A DNA stretch of 64,000 bases from Malacoraja senta (taxonomy: Eukaryota), in assembly GCA_038087875.1 (NCBI GenBank), contig JAXLNO010000627.1, positions 1 through 64,000 on the forward strand. Reading direction: 5' to 3'. Position numbers and translations under genes: made by a program. Under the pieces are notes generated by a model. That model did no database searches and was not told where the DNA came from. It saw only the letters and a program-made list of their open reading frames with translations. Within the stretch, counting starts at the first letter, position 1. Every line of letters starts with the position of its first letter. Of this stretch, positions 39,152 to 50,500 are shown in pieces.

Positions 39152-40025
39152 TCAGATTATTATCATTTTCCTTTTAATTAACTTGATCAATCGAGCAAAT
39201 GGATGTGTTACCACAGTCAACAACTGCTCTCTAAACTTCATTTACGTCACAGCATAGATGCACGTGTTTGTGCAACAACTCAGTAGTTGAAGCATAAATC
39301 CTAATTCCGATACAAGGCTACGAAGGGAAAAAGCACAGTGTCCCAAATAACATATTCGTTCCCATATTAACTATATTGTAAATATCGCCCATAACAGAAC
39401 AAAATTTCCAGAGATACATAACAACAATATCACCGATTTTCTTAGATTCTCAATTTCCGGATCATTAGGGCCCTTAGCACTTTTCTGGTCGCGGAGTTTC
39501 CTGCGGGCTCAGCTGACCACCAAAATATGTCTGATCGTTAAATTATTGAGCAGCAGAATGGATACAAACGGGACACATGGGGTGAGAATATAATGAAGAA
39601 ACTCAATCTGTGCCCAGGTCTTTGACATCATAACACGTAATTCCATAAAACAAAACTAAGGAGTATTCGCCAATCTGTACCAAGATGTGTACATAAAATA
39701 CCAGTAAACATTCTTTACACTCCTCAGTGCACTCACCGTGCCCAGACCCACAGCCGCTGTTTTCTCGGTGCAATATCTATGCCTCAGCTTTAGGCAACAG
39801 ATAGCAACAAATCGGTCAAATGTGAAGGAGACGGTGAACCACACAGAACAGTCGGTCACTGCGTGAAGCAGGATGGCGTGGATATTACACAGAGGGATGG
39901 ATTTGATGAGCAAACGGAATCTGTCTCAATATCAGGTCAAAGATAATGACCAGTAGATCCGCGGGTCACACAGCTGGAGAAACCACACTTTCCTCGAGAC
40001 AGGACCACAATGAACACCAGGTTCA
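39152..40025 (-). pseudogene. GPR139/142-like GPCR pseudogene (exon 2)
   Basis: NLVFIVVLSRGKCGFS, TDCSVWFTVSFTFDRFVAICC, LTPCVPF, DPEIENLRKS, FMLQLLSCCTNTCIYAVT. In-frame stops at 39656, 39509, 39371 and 39242. Deletion near 39960. Acceptor reads AA instead of AG (40026-40027). Confidence 0.92.
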
Positions 40026-41408
40026 TTGTGATGAAAAAATAATGATAATATTACCAGTGCAGGTAGACAAAAATGCTGGAGAGACTCAGCGGTTGAGGCA
40101 GTATCTATGGAGCGAAGGAATAGGTGACGTTTCGGGTCAAGACCCTTCTTCAGACTGATGTAAGGGTGGAGTGGGGGGGGCGGGAAGAATAAAGGAAGAG
40201 GCGGAGACTGAGCTGTGGGGGAGCTGGGAAGGGTAGGGGAAGGAGGGAGAAAGCAAGGACCACCTGAAATTGGAAGTCAATGTTCAGACCGCTAGGGTGT
40301 AAACTACCCAAGCAAAATATGAGGGGCTGCTCTTCCAATTTGCGGTGGGACTCACCCTGGCCATGGAGGAGGCCCAGGACAGAAAGGTTGGATTTGGAAT
40401 GGGAGGGGGAGTTGAAGTGCTGAGCCAGCAGGAGGTCAGGTTGGTTAGTACGGACTGAGCGGAGGTGTTGGGTGAAGCGATCGGCAAGCCTCGGCTTGGT
40501 CTCACCGATGTGGAGCAGTTGACACCTAGAACATCGGATGCAATAGATGAGGTTGGAGGAGGTGCAGGTGAACCTCTGCCTCACCTGGAAAGATTGCTTA
40601 GGTCCTTGGATGGAGTCAAGGGGGGAGGTAAAGCGACAAGTGTAGCATTTCTTGCAGTTGCAAGGGAAAGTACCAGGGGAGGGGGTGGTTTGGGTGGGAA
40701 GGGACAAATTGACCAGGGAGTTACGGAGGGAACGGTCTCTGTGGAAAGCCGAAAGGGGAGGAGATGGGAATATGTGGCCAGTGGTGGGATACCGTTGGAG
40801 GTGGTAAAAATGTCGGAGGATTATATGTTGTATGTGACGGCTGGTAGGGTGCAAAGTGAGGACAAGTGGGACTCTGCCCTTGTTACGAGTGGGGGGATGG
40901 GGTGGGAAGTGAGAGCGGAGCTACGGGATATAGAAGAGACCCTGGTCTCATCTATAGTCGAAGAGGGGAACGCCCGTTCCCTAAAGAATGAGGACATCTC
41001 CGATGCCCTGGTTTGTAACACCTCATCCTGGGTGCACATGCGGCGTAGACGGAGGAATTGGGAGTAGGGAATAGGTTCCTTACAGGAAGCAGGGTGGGGA
41101 GAAGTGTAGTCCAGATAGCCATGGGAGTCAGTGGGTTTGTAGACTCCCCAGTAGACGGTCAGTAGTCTGTTACCTGCGATGGAGATAGTGAGGTCTAGAA
41201 ACGGTAGGGAGATGTCGGAAATGGTCCAGGTGAATTTGAGTGCCGGATGGAAGTTAGTGGTGAAATGGATGAAGTCAGTGAGTTCTGCATGGGTGCAGGA
41301 GGTAGCACCAATGTAGTCATCGAGGTAGCGGAGGTAGTGTTCGGGGATAGGGCCTCGGTACGCCTCGAACAAGGATTCTTCGATGTACCCTACAAAGAGG
41401 CAGACATA

Positions 41409-43025
41409 CAGTGGCTTGCAAAAGTATTCATACCCCTTGAACTTTTTCACATTTTGTCACGTTACAACCACAAACGTAAATGTATTTTATTGGGATTTTA
41501 TGTGATAGACCAACACAAAGTGGCACATAATTGTGAAGTGGAAGGAAAATGATACATGGTTTTCAAATTTTTTTACAAATAAAACACTGAAAAGTGTCAC
41601 GTGCAAAAGTATTCAGCCCCCTTTACTCTGATACCCCTAAATAAAATTCAGTGCAATCAATTGCCTTCAGAAGTCACCTAATTAGTAAATAGAGTCCACT
41701 TGTGTGTAATCTAATCTCAGTATAAATACAGCTGTTCTGTGAAGGACTCAGAGGTTTGTTAGAGAACATTAGTGAACAAACAGCATCATGAAGCCCAAGG
41801 AACACACCCGACAGGTCAGGGATAAAGTTGTGGAGAAGTTTAAAGCAGGGTTAGGTTATAAAAAAATATCCCAAGCTTTGAACATCTCACGGAGCACTGT
41901 TCAATCCATCATCCGAAAATGGAAAGAGTATGGCACAACTGCAAACCTACCAAGACATGGCCGTCCACCTAAACTGACAGGCCGGGCAAGGAGAGCATTG
42001 ATCAGAGAAGCAGCCAAGAGGCCCATGGTAACTCTGGAGGAGCTGCAGAGATCCACAGCTCAGGTGGGAGAATCTGTCCACAGGACAACTATTAGTCGTG
42101 CACTCCACAAATTGGGCTTTTATGGAAGAGTGGCAAGAAGAAAGCCATTGTTGAAAAAAAGCCATAAGAAGTCCCATTTGCAGTTTGCCATAAGCCATGT
42201 GGGGGACACAGCAAACATGTGGAGGAAGGTGCTCTGATCAGATGAGACCAAAATTGAAGTTTTTGGCCTAAATGCAAAACGCTATGTGTGGCGGAAACCT
42301 AACACTGCACATCACCCTGAACACACCATCCCCACTGTGAAACATGGTGGTGGCAGCATCATGCTGTGGGGATGCTTTTCTTCAGCAGGGACAGGGAAGC
42401 TGGTCAGAGTTGATGGGAAGATGGATGGAGCCAAATACAGGGCAATCTTGGAAGAAAACCTGTTAGAGTCTGCAAAAGACTTGAGACTGGGGCGGAGGTT
42501 CACCTTCCAGCAGGACAACGACCCTAAACATACAGCCAGAGCTACAATGGAATGGTTTAGATCAAAGCATATTCATGTGTTAGAATGGCCCAGTCAAAGT
42601 CCAGACCTAAATCCAATTGAGAATCTCTGGCAAGACTTGAAAATTGCTGTTCACAGACGCTCTCCATCCAATCTGACTGAGCTTGAGCTATTTTGCAAAG
42701 AAGAATGGGCAAAAATGTCAGTCTCTAGATGTGCAAAGCTGGTAGAGACATAGCCCAAAAGACTTGCAGCTGTAACTGCAGCGAAAGGTGGTTCTACAAA
42801 GTATTGACTCACGGGGGCTGAATACTTTTGCACGCCACACTTTTCAGTTTTTTATTTGTAAAAAAATTTGAAAACCATGTATCATTTTCCTTCGACTTCA
42901 CAATTATGCACCACTTTGTGTTGGTCTATCACATAAAATCCCAATAAAATACATTTACGTTTGTGGTTGTAACGTGACAAAATGTGGAAAAGTTCAAGGG
43001 GTGTGAAAACTTTTGCAAGCCACTG
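41409..43025 (+). mobile_element. Complete Tc1-family (IR/DR type) DNA transposon, 1617 bp
   Basis: TA duplication (41407-41408, 43026-43027). 213-bp TIRs (41409-41621, 42813-43025) starting CAGTGGCTTGC, with the direct repeat TGCAAAAGTATTCA at both ends of the left TIR. Confidence 0.97.
41788..42807 (+). pseudogene. Tc1 transposase, DD34E, 339 codons with two premature stops
   Basis: Single frame with GRPPK, (W)[13 protein letters not shown] and [11 protein letters not shown]. Stops TGA at 42235-42237 and TAG at 42751-42753. Natural stop at 42805-42807. Confidence 0.95.
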
Positions 43026-44099
43026 TAGCTGGGGCCCATGCGCATGCCCTTAGCTACGCCTTGGATTTGGAGGAAATGGGAGGAGTCAAAGAAAAAGTTG
43101 TTGAGGGAAGGACCAGCTCTGCTAGGCGGAGGAGAGTATCGGTAGACAGGGATTGGTTGGTTCTGCGGTCGAGGAAGAAACGGAGGGCTTTGACCCTCCT
43201 GGTGGTGGATGGAGGTGTAGAATGGCTGGACACTCACTCACTTGTCCAGTCACTCTACACCTCCATCCCCCACCATTATGTGGGTTACATCAGTTAAACG
43301 TCGTGAACAAACGCACGCTACTTTGATGAAGATCAACAATTTCGAATTGATTCCGAAAGCAAAGAACAATGTTCTGGGTCTCAACGAAGAAGGATTAATA
43401 ATACCATATGGGTAATGCACTGCTGAATATATACATCCGCAGCAACAACACGGTCCTTTTATGTTGTGTGAATGCATGTAGATCACCCCAGACACGAGGT
43501 TCCGTAACAGACAGGAACCCACGATTACATTGGCATGACTCAGAGTGGCGCTTACCCAGCAGTTGGTGAGTATCAATTAAATTATATTTTGCAATTCACC
43601 CAGATGAAGCCTATCTATGACGTGGTAATTGATGGGATGGTGTGATTTCTGGTATCTTTGAGCTTGGAGTGGAGTTGCAATTGAAGGAGGAGTTGTGTGA
43701 TATCAAATGATCGCACACTTGTCAAGTCACACAGAGATCATATAGAGAAGGAATAAAGCCCGTTCTCCTAGCACTGTGAAGTACACCCCACAATACCACG
43801 GTGGGAATCATGACAGAAGCCTCCTCGTGGCGATCCCGGGAAACGACAACACGATGCACTCTGTGACGCGTCGGGTGACCAATTCTGTCAACATGTTGGA
43901 CGATGACAGAAGCCAACAGCGAGCAACGTCGTCTGACACACGAGCGAACGAAAACACGAGCGAACAAAAAGTACCACGGTGCGGTGGAACTTTCTGTTCT
44001 AAAGAAGCTTTGGACCTGATGGTATACCCGCTCGAATTCTCAAGACCTGTGCAGACCAACTGGCCTGAGTTTTTGCGGACATTTTCCGTCTCTCACTTC

Positions 44100-45258
44100 T
44101 GAGGTCTGAGGTTCCCACCTGCTTTAAGAGAGCATCAATAATACCGGTGCCCAAGAAGAGTAAGGTGATGTGCCTCAATGACTATCGACCAGTGGCACTA
44201 ATGTCTGTGGTGATGAAGTGCTTTGAGAGGTTGGTTATGGTGCACATCAACTCCTACCTCGACAAGAACCTTGACCCACTGTAGTTCGCATATCATCACA
44301 ACAGGTCAACGGAGGATGCAATCTCACTGGCTCTCCACTCCGCACTGGACCACTTGGATAATAAAAACACTTATGTCAGGCTGTTGTTTATAGACTACAG
44401 CTTGGAATTTAACACCATCATCCCTTCCAAGCTGATTACCAAACTCATGGAACCTTGCGCATCCCTCTGCAATTGGATCCTCGACTTCCTCATCCACGGA
44501 CCAGTCTGTTTGAATTGGCGGAAACACTTCATCCTCAGTAACAATTAGCACGGGAGCACCTCAAGGCTGCTTGCTCAGTCCCCTGTTTTACTCACTCTAT
44601 ACCCATGATTGCGTAGCCGGACACAGTGCGAACTGCATCATCAAGTTTGCCGACAACACCACTGTTGTTGGACGAATCACAGATGGGGCCGAGTCAGAGT
44701 ATAGAAGTGAGATCGACCAACAACCTGGCTCTCAACATCAGAAAGACCAGGGAATTAATTGTGGACTTTGGTAGGAGAAGGATGTGGACTCACAATCCTG
44801 TTCACATCAATGGTGGAGAGGGTCAAAAACTTCAAGTTCCTGGGTGTGCATATTTCTGAAGATCTTTCATGGACCCTGCACACCGATACAATTATAAAGA
44901 AGGCACATCAGCGAATCCACTTCCTGAGAAGATTACGGAGATTCGGCATGTCGAAGAGGATTCTCCTAAAATTCTACAGGTGCATGGTAGAGAGGATTCT
45001 GACTGGTTGCATCATGGCCTGGTTCGGCAACTTGAACGTCCAGGAGTGAAATAGACTACGAAAAGTTGTGACCACTGCCCAGTCCATCACCGGCTTTGAC
45101 CTTCCCACCGGCGAAGAGCTCTATCGTAGTCGCTTCCTCAAAAAGGCACCCTAAATCATCAAAGACCCACACCATCCTGGCCACTCACTCATTTCATCAT
45201 TGCCATCAAGAAGAACGTACAGGAGCCTGAAAACTGTAACGTCCAGGTTCGGGAACAG
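44100..45258 (+). mobile_element. Rex1/Babar LINE RT fragment
   Basis: [56 protein letters not shown]. Confidence 0.9.
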
Positions 45259-45479
45259 CGGGGGAGGGGGCGTAGGCGGGGGCGGGGGGGGGAGCAGGGG
45301 GTTGGAGGGTGGCCGATAAGGGGCAGGAACGGTTGGGGGGGTCGGGGGGCGGGAGGGGGGGACCCGCGAATGGGCATCTTGGTCAGGCCCAGGGGCAAAC
45401 CGAGAGGGAGATCCCCCCCCTCCCACCCCGATCGGCCCTCCGCACTCACTACCATGTGTCCAAACACCAGGATCGTGGG

Positions 45480-45857
45480 ACTAACTCTGTCTTACCTGTT
45501 TGCGGTCATCGGCGGTGAAGTGCGGCGTCGCCAGTAGCGGGGACCGCACGGCAACGGCGAGCGGAGGCACGTGCCTCACTGGCGGAGGCTGTGGCAGTGG
45601 AGGTTTGACGCACGGCGCTCGAGCCACACTGGCGGCGGCCCATGCGGGCGGCCGTGCCGCACTCGTGCATCACTGGTGGAGGTTGTGCGGTAAGAATATA
45701 GTTTTAAACAGTGTAGGTTTTATTTTAGCACCGTGCGGTGTTGGGAACACCGCCGCACGGCCCCGGAATTGTGCGTTCTCACGAGTGCGCGGTCTATGGC
45801 GGCAGATTCTTCCCGTTTCGCCGCCAATGACCGCAGACTCGTGAGACAGGCCTTTAA
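45480..45857. mobile_element. Possible Harbinger- or Kolobok-like DNA element end
   Basis: CpG-rich segment ending GTGAGACAGGCCTTTAA. No matching left terminus found. Confidence 0.35.
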
Positions 45858-45949
45858 AACGCAACCAGAACTTGAGGAGCACCGTTCTGCGTCTTTAGTT
45901 CCATGTTGATTACAGTTCTGGAGCAAACCTATTGTTCACAGAATGTTGC

Positions 45950-46320
45950 AATAGACAATAGTCAATAGACAACAGGTGCAGGAGTAGGCCATTCAGCCCT
46001 TCGAGCCAGCACCGCCATTCACTGTGATCATGGCTGACCATCCACTATCAGTACCCCGTTCCTGCCTTCTCCCCATATCCCCCGACTCCGCTATCTTTAA
46101 GAGCTCTATCTAACTCTCTCTTGAAAGCATCCAGAGAATTGGCCTCCACTGCCTTCTGAGGCAGAGAATTCCACAGATTCACATCCCTCTGTGTGAAAAA
46201 GTTTTTCTTCATCTCTATTCTAAATGGCTTACCCTTTGTTCTCAAACTGTGGCCCCTGGTTCTGGACTCCCCCAACATCGGGGACATGTTTCATGCCCCT
46301 AGCGTGTCCAAACCCTTATT
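45950..46320 (-). mobile_element. CR1 LINE, 3' end
   Basis: ESRTRGHSLR...FFTQRDVNLWNSLP and a (CAATAGA)n tail. Confidence 0.9.
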
Positions 46321-46325
46321 AAATC

Positions 46326-46336
46326 GTCTGTCTGCC

Positions 46337-46424
<88 letters not shown>
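46326..46424. repeat. (TCTG)n microsatellite
   Basis: Direct inspection. Confidence 0.95.
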
Positions 46425-46425
<1 letters not shown>

Positions 46426-46811
46426 CCATTCTCCTGTGCTGCGAGTGTACCAATTTGTTCCGATCGGTTGAATGTCGTAAAAGTTAGCGAGGTTTAAAAA
46501 TCGTAAAAACCGCGAGTGTGCAGATCGATCACTTCTCCTGCCAGTCAGCGCAACGTGGATTAGTCTCTTCCCTTGTCAATCCCCGGGACGGTCCGCCCCT
46601 TCCTGCGCCATCGTGTCTTTACTGGAGCTGAGGATTGTCGGCGGAGGTTTCCTCTCCCCTCCCTCCATACTACTCGCCCCTGCCCACACATCCCTCCCCC
46701 TATAAGCGTCCCTGCCGACACACACCGCCGCCCACACACACACAACCCCGCCCACACACACTCCCCACCAGCCACACACACCCAACCCCCCCCCCCCCCC
46801 CCAGCGCCCTA

Positions 46812-47225
46812 AAATTCAACATCCCCTGGCTGAAGAAATTCCTCTTCATCTCTATACTTATGTTACGATATTTTATTCTCGGGCTGCGCCCTCTGGTCCC
46901 AGACTCTCCCATTACTGGAAACATCCTCTCCACAGCCACTATCCAGGCCTATCATTATTTGGAAGGTTTCAATGAGTGTCCCCCTCAACTCCCCATTCAT
47001 CCTAAACTCCAGCGAGTACAGACCCAGAGCCACCAAAAGCTGCTCATACATTAACATACATCATTCTCGTAAACCTTCCATTCTCGTAAACCTTTGGACC
47101 CTCTCCAAAGCTAGCACATCCTTCCTCAGATAACGGGTCTCAAATCTGCTCATAATATTCAAATTGTGGTCTGACCAGCACCTTACAAAGACTTAGTATT
47201 TACATCCTTGCTTTTATATTCTATT
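46812..47225 (-). mobile_element. CR1 fragment
   Basis: ALGLYSLEFR...LIETF and ERMFPVMGESGTRGRS. Confidence 0.8.
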
Positions 47226-47229
47226 CCTT

Positions 47230-47513
47230 GTTGTTTAGTTTAGTTTTAGTTTAGAGATACAATGCAGAAACAGATCCTTCGGTGCACCGAGTCCGCACCA
47301 TCCAGTGATCCCCACACATTAACACTATCCTACACACACTAGGGTCAATATGTTTACATTTACAAACCTGTGTTCCTTTGGAAAGTGGGTGGAAACCGAA
47401 GGTCTCAGAGAAAATTTGCATGGTCACTTGGAGAATGTACAAACTCTGTACAGACAGCACCCGTAGTTGGGATTGAACCTGGGTGTCTGGCAGTAAGCGC
47501 TATAAGGAAGCAA
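47230..47513 (-). mobile_element. HER1/HE1-type tRNA-derived SINE
   Basis: On the minus strand: B-box-like ccaggttcaatccc, body gtctgtacagagtttgtacattctcc, 3' ctgcattgtatctct(aaact)n tail. Confidence 0.75.
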
Positions 47514-47514
47514 T

Positions 47515-50500
47515 TTTACTTCGGAGTCACGTGAGTGATTCCGTGAAGAAGCCCTGCAAGTCCGCATGCGCGTCATATCGTCGTTCGCATGGCGAAGCAC
47601 CGGACTTGAGGAGCACCGTTCTGCGTCTTTAGTTCCATGTTGATTACAGTTTAAACCTACAGGTAAGTTTTGTATTTCTTACCAGGTTCTGATTTTCTTG
47701 CAGGAACCTCTTTTTACAGAGGTTTCCTGCTGGATATTGTCGAGAAGTCCGGCGAAGGAAACCGGCTATGGGCTGTGGTGAGACCCCGGTTCCGACCTCG
47801 GAAGCCGATAGCCGGCGGATGTCGGGTTCGCGATCCCAGTCACTGACAATGCGGTCAGTGGCTTCCAGACCGCCGTGGTTCACGTGGAGGGGTAAATCCA
47901 GGATGTAACTAGTAGAGTGGTTAAGGGAGAACCAGTGGATGTGTTATATCTGGACTTTCAGAAGGCTTTCGACAAGGTCCCACATAAGAGATTAGTACAC
48001 AAACGTAAAGCACACGGTATTGGGGGTTCAGTATTGATGTGGATAGAGAACTGGCTGGCAAACAGGAAGCAAAGAGTAGGAGTAAATGCGTCCTTTTCAG
48101 AATGGCAGGCAGTGACTAGTGGGGTACCGCAAGGCTCAGTGCTGGGACCCCAGCTATTTACAATATATATATTAATGATTTGAACGAGGGAATTGAATGC
48201 AACATCTCCAAGTTTGTGGATGACACGAAGCTGGGGGCAGTGTTAGCTGTGAGGAGGATGCTAGGAGGCTGCAATGTGACTTGGATAGGCTGGGTGAGTG
48301 GGAAAATGCATGGCAGATGCAGTATAATGTGGATAAATGTGAGGTTATCCACTTTGGTGGCAAAAACAGGAAAGTAGACTATTATCTGAATGGTGGCCGA
48401 TTAGGAAAAGGGGAGACGCAACAAGACCTGGATGTCATGGTACACCAGTCATTGAAAGTAGGCATGTAGGTGCAGCATGCAGTGAAGAAAGCGAATGGTA
48501 TGTTAGCATTCATAGCAAAAGGATTTGAGTATAGGAGCAGGGAGGTTCTACTGCAGTTGTACAGGGTCTTGGTGAGACCACACCTGGAGTATTGCGTACA
48601 GTTTTGGTATCCAAATCTGAGGAAAGACATTCTTGCCATAGAGGGAGTACAGAGAAGGTTCACCAGACTGATTCCTGGGATGTCAGGATTTTCATATGAA
48701 GACTGGATAGACTCGGCTTGTACTCGCTAGAATTTAGAAGATTGAGGGGGGATCTTATAGAAACTTACAAAATTCTTAAGGGGTTGGACAGACTAGATGC
48801 AGGAAGATTGTTCCCAATGTTGGGGAAGTCCAGAACAAGGGGTCACAGTTTAAGGATAAGGGGGAAATCTTTTGGGACCGAGATGAGAAAAACATTTTTC
48901 ACACAGAAAGTGGTGAATCTGTGGAATTCTCTGCCACAGAGGGTAGTTGAGGCCAGTTCATTGGCTATATTTAAGAGGGAGTTAGATGTGGCCCTTGTTG
49001 CTAAAGGGATCAGGGGGTATGGAGAGAAGGCAGGTACAGGATACGGAGTTGGATGATCAGCCATGATCATATTGAATGGCGGTGCAGGCTCGAAGGACTG
49101 AATGGCCTACTCCTGCACCTATTTTCTATGTTTCTATGTTTCTATGAAGGCGGTATCACCACCAGAGTCGCTGACAGTGCAGTGAGCAGCCCCCAGACCA
49201 CAGTGGTCCCCAGGTCATGGGGTAAAACCACCAATCAATCGGTCAGCTCTATGGACTCGGACGAGTTGGGCCGGGAGGGTTCCCCTCCGGTAATGCATTA
49301 TATATTTGGAAGGTTGTCCAGGATGGAGCTCCTAATGGACAGGATGCTCCACCTAGATACGCTCCAACAGCAGGAGTTGTGTCAGCGCTGGCCTATGGGA
49401 GAGCCCGCGCCAGCAGCGCCTGGGACAGGGCTGCTTAATGTCTCTCTCTTGGGGGAGGAGACCATGCCGGGTCAGTGTAATTCTGACGCCGAGTCTGAGG
49501 GTATAGCCGTGGAGCATACCCCAAGGGATGAAGGGCACGTGTCAGAGGTACCATTCCTGGCAGCAATGTTTGCCATCCCAACAGAATCAGGGAAGAAATG
49601 TTCCATCCTGGTATAGGTCCATTGGAAGGGCCATATCAGCGCATGTATCTTCACGGGCCTGTGTCAGCACCTGTTTCAGGGCTGCCTACGATGCGCCCTC
49701 TTTGAGGAGGGGAGTGCGAGTGGTCAGTATGTAACTGACTTCAGATTCTAAAGTATGTCCGTGGAACATACTGGAGCACATGCGTGCCGGCAGTGAACAG
49801 CGCTATCAGGGGGACATTAGAGCCAGCCGCCGAATCTTCTATTCAGGTAAGACCTGAAAACCTGGAGGACGAAGCAAAAGCTGTCGGACCAATCAAGGTA
49901 CCAACGACTAGCAAAGTTTCATTGTTTCGGCGACAACGCACCCCACGTCTTCATCGGCAGGAGCGGTTCACTGAAGCTGGTGGCAGCATGAAAGCTGGGC
50001 AGAGGTTCCACGCACCCTACCAGTTCTACTCTACAACTAAGGTAACCAGGCAGATAGGTAGGTCTGGCACTTCCAAAACATGGGGTAAGTGGACCACTTA
50101 CAAGTTGGTAATATTTACACTTGGTTGTACAATACACAAATGGTTAAGACATTGTCATCTACTTAGCGGCATCTAACCATGTAAAACTGGACAATGCCAG
50201 CATTCCAAGCAGGTTTGGAATTGGGGCCAGAATTGGGTTTTGAGGGACGCTAAGTATTTTCGCCACAATTGCCTTCGAGACAGGCTCGGAAATATGGGCA
50301 GCTCAGAATTATGGCCAGAGTTGTCTTTAGAGGCAGGTTCAAAATTATGAGGTAGGCTCAGTATTATGGCCAGGATTGTCTTTCAAGACAGGCTCGGAAA
50401 TCAGGCCAGAGTTGTCGTTCTAGGCAGGCACGAAATGGTGGCAGGCGTGGCCTGTTCATTATGAAAGATGGAGAATGTCGTTTAACTCGCATGTGCAGTA

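Larger units (their letters stand above)
40058..43200 (-). mobile_element. Penelope-like element (RT + GIY-YIG), split by a Tc1 insertion
   Basis: YLRYLDD, YKPTDSHGYL, IPYSQFLRLRR, LHIGETK...RFTQH. Removing 41409-43027 restores GMRMGPSY-VCLFVGYIE. Confidence 0.92.

Noticed and set aside
43260..44100. Search for exon 1 of the GPCR pseudogene
   Set aside because: No YYP...GVP plus GT-donor match was found here.
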